Below are positions 8,346-15,640 of a stretch of 19,244 bases of DNA, one piece after another. The stretch is from an uncultured archaeon. GTDB lineage: Archaea > Asgardarchaeota > Thorarchaeia > Thorarchaeales > Thorarchaeaceae. The notes under the pieces were generated by a model. That model had not been told where the DNA came from, made no database searches, and saw only the letters and a list, made by a program, of their open reading frames with translations. The stretch's first letter is position 1; each line of letters starts with the position of its first letter. Location: positions 1 to 19,244 of the forward strand of contig CAYWJO010000057.1 of assembly GCA_964458565.1 (NCBI GenBank), written 5' to 3'. Made by a program: the position numbers and the translations under genes.

Positions 8346-10441
8346 GTAAGAAAACTAAGGAAACAGAGATTATACAAGCTACTCTTGATGATGTTGAAGA
8401 CGCCTCCAAATCAACAAAGGCTTCAAAGTCACCTAGTAAATCTAAAGAGGCAACTAAAACCTCGTCTAAGAGTACAAAGAAAACAGCAACAACCAAGAAA
8501 AACGAATCTACTAAATCTTCCAAAGCAGAGAAAAAGAAAACAAGTAGTACTAGCAAAAAATCCACTAAGAAAGTGGTTCCAGCTCCCGTAGAATCGAGAT
8601 TTGCTCTTACAGACCTCCCTGGAATAGGTTCAACAACTGAAAAGAGACTAATTGAATCAGGATATGGTACGGTTGAAATAATATCCCGTGCTCGTTCATC
8701 AACTCTAGCCAAAAAAATAGAGGGTCTTAGTGAATCTGGCGCCAAGAAAATTATTGCAACTGCAAAGGATTTAGTCAAGGGCGGAAAAACACCCAAGATT
8801 GAAGGGTCTGAACAAACTGAGGAAATATTTTCTGCAGAAGGACCAAAGCTCACTAATATTCCTGGGATAGGATCAAAACTAGCAAAAAGTTTGGAATCTG
8901 CTGGTTATACTTCAATTGCGAGATTATCAAGGTCGCAACCATCCACAGTTGTGAAGAAAGTCGATGGTCTAAGTACCATACGTGCTGAAAGTATTGTTGC
9001 TGATGCAAAGAAATTCATGAAAGAGGTTGAACTTAGAACATTAATCACAGAACCAGAAAAAGCTATAGTGTCAACAAAAACTGCTAAACCTGATGAATCA
9101 AAGGAAATTTCAATAGACGAGAAGAAGGCACCTCCGAAGAAGGTTTCTAAGAAGGCTCCCTCAAAGAAAGATAAACAAAAACCTCCGAAAAAGGCTCCCA
9201 AAAAACAAAAACCACCAACAAAGAAGAAGTCCAAAGTCATACGTAAGAAATCTGGTCTCCCAGTTCCAAAAGCTGTTGAATCTTTGAACAAAGAAATGGT
9301 GAAAAAATGGAGGGATGCTGAACAACGGGCAGAATCAGGTATTGAAGATGAAGCCATACAGGAAACAGTCGAGGTTGTTACTCTCACAATGGATGATACA
9401 CGTGATAGACTAATCGATGTTGCAATGGAAGTTTTGAATGAAGCTATGGTGACAGGGCGCCCTGCGTTTGAGATACCTAGCCGTTCAAGTGACAATATCG
9501 TATGGGATGAAATACGTGACTTATTACTACTTGGAATGAAGACGATTTCTAGACCATATCACTCACTTGGTTCAGTCGTTGATGCAACCAGGACAGCTCG
9601 AGTAATGGAAATTGTTTATGAATTGCTGAAGTCAAGCCTACACGCAACGAAACGAGAGGTATACTACAGTGATGTGAATCTCTTTAGAGAGCAGAGATAC
9701 AGCGACAAGATAATTGAAGATGTTGCATCTATGCTTAAGACGACCCGTGATAGTATACATGTTGTCGCATCCGCAAGAGGATCTGCAATGGGTCGTGTTG
9801 TGATTCAAGATGGTGGGGACCAAATCGATCTCACAAAGATGGGCACAGGTGGATGGGCTATCACACCCTTTCTAGATCAAGTGGAGATTCTTGAGAGTGA
9901 TGCAGAATTCATACTCCTCTCCGAAAAAGATGCAGCAGTTATGAGACTGGCTGAGGTAAAATATTGGAACCGCCAACCCTGTATTGTTCTGACCGGAAAA
10001 GGTTCTGGAGATATTGCTACGCGTGCTTTTCTAAAAACGCTTGTGAAAGAACTTGAAATTCCTGCATTCGCACTTGTCGATTCTGATCCATATGGACATT
10101 ATATCTACTCGGTCTTCCTGCGAGGTAGTAAACGACTTAGCTACGAGTCTCCATTCATCGCAACTCCAGAGTTGAAGCTTCTGGGGGTATTGACAAGAGA
10201 CCTAGATGAATACAATATTCCTAAGGCCGTAAGAATTCCGATGGAACCTACTGACATCAAACGTGTCAAGGATATGCTAAAGGAACCATTTGTCAGACAA
10301 AACAAAGAATGGGTCGAGGATCTAAAGCTCATGCTTAGTCTTAGAGAGAAGGCGGAGATACAGGCTTTTGCAAGTCACTCCTTTGAATATCTCACAGACG
10401 AGTACATTCCAAGAAAATTAGAAACCGGTGATTGGATTTAA
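8342..10441 (+). CDS. top6A: DNA topoisomerase VI subunit A (Spo11 family) with an N-terminal Lys-rich / double-HhH extension
   Basis: Catalytic motif TKREVYY (Y441/Y442), Toprim EKDA and DSDPYG, TGKG, KAEIQA. ATGA overlap with the top6B stop. Confidence 0.93.
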   Translation: MSKKTKETEIIQATLDDVEDASKSTKASKSPSKSKEATKTSSKSTKKTATTKKNESTKSSKAEKKKTSSTSKKSTKKVVPAPVESRFALTDLPGIGSTTEKRLIESGYGTVEIISRARSSTLAKKIEGLSESGAKKIIATAKDLVKGGKTPKIEGSEQTEEIFSAEGPKLTNIPGIGSKLAKSLESAGYTSIARLSRSQPSTVVKKVDGLSTIRAESIVADAKKFMKEVELRTLITEPEKAIVSTKTAKPDESKEISIDEKKAPPKKVSKKAPSKKDKQKPPKKAPKKQKPPTKKKSKVIRKKSGLPVPKAVESLNKEMVKKWRDAEQRAESGIEDEAIQETVEVVTLTMDDTRDRLIDVAMEVLNEAMVTGRPAFEIPSRSSDNIVWDEIRDLLLLGMKTISRPYHSLGSVVDATRTARVMEIVYELLKSSLHATKREVYYSDVNLFREQRYSDKIIEDVASMLKTTRDSIHVVASARGSAMGRVVIQDGGDQIDLTKMGTGGWAITPFLDQVEILESDAEFILLSEKDAAVMRLAEVKYWNRQPCIVLTGKGSGDIATRAFLKTLVKELEIPAFALVDSDPYGHYIYSVFLRGSKRLSYESPFIATPELKLLGVLTRDLDEYNIPKAVRIPMEPTDIKRVKDMLKEPFVRQNKEWVEDLKLMLSLREKAEIQAFASHSFEYLTDEYIPRKLETGDWI

Positions 10442-10517
10442 TTGCCAAAATGAATGTCCATTAGGTAAGCCTGATAAGAGGATACGAGTAGTGTTCTTAT
10501 TTCAGGAGTCATAACAA

Positions 10518-11444
10518 ATGATATCTAAAGTAGGAATTCCTGTAATTGATGCTCATTCTCATTTCATTACATATAATACTGTGAAGGCTTGGTTTTCTGA
10601 TCCGGCTCGAATAGAAACCATGCGAGCACGTGTCGCTTATCAGACTGATATGGAAGAGCTGAAACTACCTGATGAGCCTTGGGACACTGGAAAGATGTGG
10701 ATCGATGAACTAGACAAATATGGAATCGAATCTATCGGTATGATGATTGGTCCTGAATCTTGGGACGAATTCAACAAAACGCGTAATCGATTTCCTGGTC
10801 GATTCATAGGATATGCGAATGTTAATCCTGCAATGGATGATGCTGTAGAAACCGTGAGACGTGCAGCTCGTGACAATTTTCAAGGTATCAAACTATATCC
10901 AAGCAATTGGGATCGTCACGTTTACGATGAAAGTGTATATCCAATCTATGAAGAGGCACGGAAACAGAATCTGCTAGTAGTCATTCATTTTGGAATCACA
11001 ATTGGGGATCAAGCAAATCTTCGCTATGGGAATCCTCTTGATATTCAGAAACCAGCTCATGACTTTCCCGAATTGAATTTCATGATTGCGCATTTCGGAG
11101 CGGGTTTCTTTAGAGAGGTACTAATGCTATTCTACCAAACTGCTAACGTTGTAGTAGATACTAGTGGTAGTAATAGTTGGATGATCTATCAACCATATGA
11201 TTTGACATTGACAAAGATTTTTGAAAAAGCGTTAAAAGCTGGTGCGGCGTGCAGGGTTGTATTTGGAACAGATTCCTCTTTCTTTCCGAGAGGATATCGG
11301 TTTAACCTTCTTCAAGATCAATATAAAGCAGTGAAATCTCTATGTCCACAACTGTGCTTTAGTGAAGATGATGTAGATCTTATATTCAGGAAAAATATTC
11401 TACGGTTGACAGGATTCAAACCCTTTACTGAGCTAAAGCATTGA
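10518..11444 (+). CDS. Metal-dependent amidohydrolase (TIM barrel, Amidohydro_2-like)
   Basis: IDAHSH, GIKLYP, VIHFG, IAHFG, DTSGS and FGTDS motifs; AGGAG RBS. Confidence 0.88.
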   Translation: MISKVGIPVIDAHSHFITYNTVKAWFSDPARIETMRARVAYQTDMEELKLPDEPWDTGKMWIDELDKYGIESIGMMIGPESWDEFNKTRNRFPGRFIGYANVNPAMDDAVETVRRAARDNFQGIKLYPSNWDRHVYDESVYPIYEEARKQNLLVVIHFGITIGDQANLRYGNPLDIQKPAHDFPELNFMIAHFGAGFFREVLMLFYQTANVVVDTSGSNSWMIYQPYDLTLTKIFEKALKAGAACRVVFGTDSSFFPRGYRFNLLQDQYKAVKSLCPQLCFSEDDVDLIFRKNILRLTGFKPFTELKH

Positions 11445-11454
11445 CTTATAGGGG

Positions 11455-11544
11455 ACTATTACAGAATATGTAATGGTAGAACGCTGACAGGGATTTTAGT
11501 ATACCCCAATATAGAGGGTATTACCACACCCGCCCTGATGGCGT
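11455..11544 (+). other. Structured intergenic element (hairpin plus nested stem-loop) between convergent genes; terminator or cis-regulatory RNA
   Basis: ACTATTACA/TGTAATGGT (11455-11477); ACGCTG-A-CAGGG (11481-11492)/CCCTG-A-TGGCGT (11533-11544); inner ATACCC/GGGTAT (11501-11521). The G-U pairs in the first two stems form only on the + strand. Confidence 0.4.
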
Positions 11545-11862
11545 CTACCAATTTGATGTTTTTTGCGCAAATATTGTTTCTTTCAGATTTAGACTCAGTT
11601 TTAGAAGGTTATCATCATCAAGCAGGTCTTGATGTAATTTACAAATGATAGAATCATCAGTGTTATCCGTGAAATGAACACAAGTCCAACATTCTCTGGT
11701 TCTTAGAACGGAGATATGACGATCTAATTCTATTAGATTTCCTAATGAACCATCCTCAATTAATGATGCTGCAATAACGCATGGAGGTCGTTCTGTATAG
11801 AAGCTCTTTGAAAACCAATCTCTTCTTACATCCTCTGCAAGTTCAGTATCCACTAGGCTCAT
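11545..11862 (-). CDS. Small hypothetical protein with a CxxC-x-H...C-xx-H putative metal site
   Basis: 105-aa ORF with ATG start, co-oriented with the upstream gene; motifs CWTCVH and CKLH. Confidence 0.6.
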   Translation of the reverse strand: MSLVDTELAEDVRRDWFSKSFYTERPPCVIAASLIEDGSLGNLIELDRHISVLRTRECWTCVHFTDNTDDSIICKLHQDLLDDDNLLKLSLNLKETIFAQKTSNW

Positions 11863-11909
11863 ACAATATTATCAACATGCAGGATTATATTCCCCACTAA
11901 TTCTTCGAT

Positions 11910-13157
11910 TCAAGCCTTTCTAATCTTCTTCTCTAAGCCCTTGAGTTTCTTTGAGTCGTCTCCCTCTCTGTATTTCTCAGCTGCTTTTCGGTAGAGGTCT
12001 AACGCTTCACGAGACTGCCCTGATTTAGATAAGATATCTCCTTCTTCCTCACAAGCTCTACCCCATTCAACATAAGCATCTCTCGCTTTCTCTGCACTTT
12101 TGACTCGCATTTTTGTGTCAGATGTTAACATATACTGCTCTCTCGCCTTTTTATATTGAACAATGGCCCACTCATATTGCCCATCCTTCATGTGCTGATC
12201 AGCTTGGTCGTAATGATATTTTGCCAATCCTTCGTATCCTGTATCAATCATCCCAACAGCTTCAGAAACGAGTTTCTCATTATTCGCTTGTTCGAACAAC
12301 ACTTTAGCTTTTTCAAATTCCTCAATAGCTCTTTTATGATCATTTTCTTGAAGCTTTCTTTCACCAAAATCAATTCTAGCTTTGCCCATTGCTTCAAACA
12401 CATATGGAGGATAACTGAAGTCTTTATCAACATTCAAAGAAATACCACAGTTTGGACAAGCTGCTAATTGTAGCTCTTGAAGAGGTTGTTTGAGTGATAC
12501 CTTCTCTGGTTTGCCAACTACAACATCTATAAAGTCCGCAGATGTCATACCTCTACCTGATGGGAATAGGTGGGCAACTGCGTCTCTTGTTGCATCAGCT
12601 TGTTCCGGTAATACATGTTGAATTGCATCTTGATCTATGTCATCAATATCATAAGTTAATACTTTGGGAGGTGCAACCTCAGTAAAAGGCATTCCCTCTT
12701 TAACTTCAGTGCTATCTCTTTCTTCCATATGACCCTCATCCCACGATAAAGAGGGTATTTCCTTGACTGAAAGATCACGAGCTTCAATAATCGGTTCCTC
12801 GTCAATAGATTCGGATTCTTCCAATAAAGCAGGTTCATCATATCTGGATGAGGATTTTGTAATTGAATCTCTCAAAATATCATCAGATTCCCATGGTTTT
12901 TCTGTTTCTCCAATTGCGTCTTCGGTAACTGGCGGTAGAATATCATCTTCTAGATCTGGTAGTGTTGCGGCTTCTACCGAAGGTGTAATTGGTTCTTCAT
13001 ACCTCAAATCTTCATCAATATCAGGTAATGTGACGTCTTCTTGAGATGAATCAATTGGTGTGTTCATATCAGGTAATCGCACACCACAACCAAAGCAGAA
13101 TGTTGAGCCCTTTCTTACTTTTTTTCCACATTTAGGGCATTCAATAGTATCGCTCAT
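11910..13157 (-). CDS. Zinc-ribbon / acidic linker / TPR (SNAP-like) repeat protein
   Basis: N-terminal CPKC...CFGC; long D/E-rich low-complexity region; lone CPNC; C-terminal helical repeats (AIEEFEKA, AIVQYKKA, ALDLYRKAA). Confidence 0.8.
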   Translation of the reverse strand: MSDTIECPKCGKKVRKGSTFCFGCGVRLPDMNTPIDSSQEDVTLPDIDEDLRYEEPITPSVEAATLPDLEDDILPPVTEDAIGETEKPWESDDILRDSITKSSSRYDEPALLEESESIDEEPIIEARDLSVKEIPSLSWDEGHMEERDSTEVKEGMPFTEVAPPKVLTYDIDDIDQDAIQHVLPEQADATRDAVAHLFPSGRGMTSADFIDVVVGKPEKVSLKQPLQELQLAACPNCGISLNVDKDFSYPPYVFEAMGKARIDFGERKLQENDHKRAIEEFEKAKVLFEQANNEKLVSEAVGMIDTGYEGLAKYHYDQADQHMKDGQYEWAIVQYKKAREQYMLTSDTKMRVKSAEKARDAYVEWGRACEEEGDILSKSGQSREALDLYRKAAEKYREGDDSKKLKGLEKKIRKA

Positions 13158-13255
13158 TGAATTATAGCTCCGAGTCTGTTAGAGGGGAATCATGGTAACT
13201 TGAATTTTCAAAAATGATAACCCGTTTGCTTTTCATAAGGATTGTGTGGATGTCA

Positions 13256-13879
13256 TCATGTTTGGATTATTGGTATCGGATAGAGAAATGCATACACTAT
13301 CAAAGTGATTATCACTCCGATACCTATGCCCAATAATCCCTGATTCAAAGAATGCTGTTTCAATATTACTCTTGACCATACTACCACTATCCAGAGGATT
13401 ATTACAAATAACGCTGCGGGTCCGTAGACAAGGATCAATGCTGTTCCAGGTCCCGCAACACCAGCAGAATGAACTGAAACTTTTGTACGGAAGTTAGCTA
13501 ACATGACACCCGCTGTTACACATGCATATGCTGCCGCAAGATTGTACATTAGCGGACTTTGAGCTATGAAGTACATCATGAATGCGAGCGTATAACATAG
13601 GATGGCGAAACCAAAAAAACGTGCTCTCATTTTCTGAGTAGAAATATCAAGATCAATATTACCTCTCCAAGCTTGGTAAAGGATAGGCAAAATTGGTGTA
13701 ACAACCATCAGGCTCATACAGATGAGAAATGCCGAGAGCGGGGATAATATCACGCCAAACGTGAGCGGAGGAGCGAATATTATCATTATAGTACCAACAT
13801 AGAAATTAATGAGCGGTGCTCCTGTAAGTCTGGAAATTATTCTGGCGAGAGTCACTTCCCTCCCTGTGAGATCAAGCAT
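13256..13879 (-). CDS. PAP2-like membrane protein (phosphatidic acid phosphatase type 2 superfamily, divergent)
   Basis: Multi-pass membrane protein with KVSVH (C2-like) and SRVILKQHSLNQ (C3-like) motifs; C1 motif not evident. Start moved to 13879 because of the GGTGA RBS. Confidence 0.7.
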   Translation of the reverse strand: MLDLTGREVTLARIISRLTGAPLINFYVGTIMIIFAPPLTFGVILSPLSAFLICMSLMVVTPILPILYQAWRGNIDLDISTQKMRARFFGFAILCYTLAFMMYFIAQSPLMYNLAAAYACVTAGVMLANFRTKVSVHSAGVAGPGTALILVYGPAALFVIILWIVVVWSRVILKQHSLNQGLLGIGIGVIITLIVYAFLYPIPIIQT

Positions 13880-14061
13880 TTCATCACCAAATTTCATGAG
13901 TAGCACTTGAAATATCGATGTCAGTCCTCAATTTAAGGGTCTTCTTGTTCCCCCGATGACGGTTGAAGTGTTGGCATATGTAATGACAAACATAATATAT
14001 AATGTCGGCCATTCAAGAAGAACAAGGGACAACGTTGTTGAACCCTTTGGATGTGCAGATT

Positions 14062-14370
14062 ATGCCAGCGATGCCAAAAAGAGAGATATTCGAGCGAATT
14101 ATCCAGAACATCACAAGCAAGTTTCCTGATGTATATGCAGCACTTTTCATTAGCCCTGAAGGATTCACCATCAATAGCTGGGGTGTTACAATGGAACGTG
14201 CTGAGGAGGTATCTGCACTTCTAAGTGCTCTTATTGGTAAAACAAAGGAAGTTATACGTCAGGTAAATGAGGGAAGCGATATGCAATTCATTCAGATTCA
14301 AACTACAGTTGGTGGAATCCGAATTGCACCTCAAGACGAATTCATTCTTGTCACTTTCACTCGGAGCTAA
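14062..14370 (+). CDS. Roadblock/LC7 domain protein
   Basis: VYAALFISPEGFTINS...VSALLSALIG...IQIQTTVGGIRIAP..FILV fits the roadblock pattern. Start at 14062 preferred to 14002 because of the GGATGTG RBS and a TATA-like element near 13993-14002. Confidence 0.85.
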   Translation: MPAMPKREIFERIIQNITSKFPDVYAALFISPEGFTINSWGVTMERAEEVSALLSALIGKTKEVIRQVNEGSDMQFIQIQTTVGGIRIAPQDEFILVTFTRS

Positions 14371-14395
14371 TGAGTATCCAGAACCAATAAAAGAG

Positions 14396-14434
14396 TTTTT
14401 TTCATCATTAGGACAGTATTCTACATCCTGATGA
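14396..14434 (+). terminator. T-tract and hairpin downstream of the roadblock gene
   Basis: T7 at 14396-14402; TCATTAGGA (14405-14413)/TCCTGATGA (14426-14434). Confidence 0.4.
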
Positions 14435-14454
14435 GCTATTATGTTGAATACTAG

Positions 14455-14470
14455 CGGTATTTTTATACTG
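14455..14470 (+). promoter_or_regulatory. Putative radA TATA box embedded in the imperfect palindrome CGGTAT-TTTT-ATACTG
   Basis: TTTTATA about 80 nt upstream of the radA start; GGAGGT RBS at 14536-14541. Confidence 0.4.
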
Positions 14471-14545
14471 AATTAAGTTACAACTCATTGGAAACGAGCT
14501 TGGGATTAATAGCCTTTCCCGGGCTAAGTAAAGCGGGAGGTCACC

Positions 14546-15595
14546 ATGATGTCACCAAAGAAAAATGAAGACTCAGATGAAGAAGCGGATTACGAAGATT
14601 TCGAAGAAACAGAAGAACTAGATGTTGATGAAATCGGAGAGGACGGAATTACCGGTCTTGATGTAACAGATCTACCTGGTGTTGGCCCAGCAATTGGGAA
14701 ACGTCTGGGAGAAGCAGGATACAAGAGTGTCGAAGCGATTGCTGTTGCTTCACCTGCTGAATTGGCAGCTGCAGGTTCCATAGGTGAAACAACTGCAACA
14801 AAGATAATCAAAGCAGCTCGAGACATGCTTGACATTGGTTTTGAAACTGCAGATATCTTCCTGGTAAGACGCAGAGAAGCAGGGCGAATCACAACTAGTT
14901 CTAAAGCATTAGATGAGCTCTTCGGTGGAGGTCTAGAAACTCAGAGTATAACTGAGATGTATGGGTCCTTCAGATCAGGTAAGACTCAGATGGCACACCA
15001 ACTAGCAGTAAACATACAACGCCCATTAGACGAAGGCGGCTTGGAATCAACTGCAATATATGTTGATACTGAGGGAACCTTCAGACCTGAGAGATTAGTG
15101 GATATGGCTGAAGCATTGGGGATGAATACTGAGAAAGTCCTGAAGAATGTAATTTGGGCTCGTGCTTACAATTCAGATCATCAGATACTCCTGTGTGATC
15201 AAGCTATGGAAATGGCTCCTGAAAAGAACGCTAAACTCCTTGTTGTTGACTCTGTTATGAGTCATTTTCGTGCAGAATACACCGGCCGCGGAACGCTTGC
15301 ACCAAGACAACAAAAGCTCAACAAGCACTTGCATCATTTGCAGAGAGGAGCTGAGATTAACAACATGGCGGTTTACATCACGAATCAGGTCATGTCAAGA
15401 CCGGATGCGTTCTTTGGAGACCCAACTGCTCCTGTAGGAGGTCACGTTCTCGCACACGTTCCGCAGACACGCTGTTACCTCCGAAAATCGAAAGGTGAAC
15501 GACGAATTCTCCGCTTAGTTGATTCACCAAATCTTCCTGAAGGAGAAGCAGTCTTCACAGTGACAAAAGATGGAATCCGTGATGTCACTGCATAA
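14546..15595 (+). CDS. radA: DNA repair and recombination protein RadA
   Basis: N-terminal HhH domain, GFETA polymerisation motif, Walker [21 protein letters not shown], Walker [32 protein letters not shown]. No intein. Confidence 0.97.
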   Translation: MMSPKKNEDSDEEADYEDFEETEELDVDEIGEDGITGLDVTDLPGVGPAIGKRLGEAGYKSVEAIAVASPAELAAAGSIGETTATKIIKAARDMLDIGFETADIFLVRRREAGRITTSSKALDELFGGGLETQSITEMYGSFRSGKTQMAHQLAVNIQRPLDEGGLESTAIYVDTEGTFRPERLVDMAEALGMNTEKVLKNVIWARAYNSDHQILLCDQAMEMAPEKNAKLLVVDSVMSHFRAEYTGRGTLAPRQQKLNKHLHHLQRGAEINNMAVYITNQVMSRPDAFFGDPTAPVGGHVLAHVPQTRCYLRKSKGERRILRLVDSPNLPEGEAVFTVTKDGIRDVTA

Positions 15596-15609
15596 GGAAT
15601 CGAATGATT

Positions 15610-15631
15610 GGATGAGGAACCTATCTCATCC
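15610..15631. terminator. Hairpin between convergent radA and the reductase gene
   Basis: GGATGAG (15610-15616)/CTCATCC (15625-15631). Confidence 0.45.
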
Positions 15632-15640
15632 TCTTATCCA

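Noticed and set aside
8777-9060. RadA-type FxxA polymerisation motif after the Top6A HhH domains
   Set aside because: Not present (IFSAE and FMKE only), so there is no sequence support for Top6A docking into a RadA filament.
8257-9495. Long antisense ORFs of 198 and 196 aa, and the other short overlapping ORFs in the track (e.g. 6365-6790, 5026-5313, 14590-14892)
   Set aside because: They are shadow frames of well-supported or low-complexity genes and have no recognisable motifs.
11481-11544. Canonical eukaryote-type SECIS element
   Set aside because: UGA/GA dinucleotides are present, but there is no AUGA and the quartet register does not fit. The upstream UGA is not in a redox motif.
14455-14470. 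Bacterial LexA SOS box
   Set aside because: It resembles CTGT-N8-ACAG superficially but lacks the essential CTG/CAG ends, and the host is archaeal.
14428-14497. Hammerhead ribozyme (CUGAUGAG...GAAAC)
   Set aside because: The possible stem II (GCTA/TAGC) is followed by GGTA rather than GAAA, and no stem III/UH cleavage geometry is found. CTGATGA is explained by the terminator hairpin.
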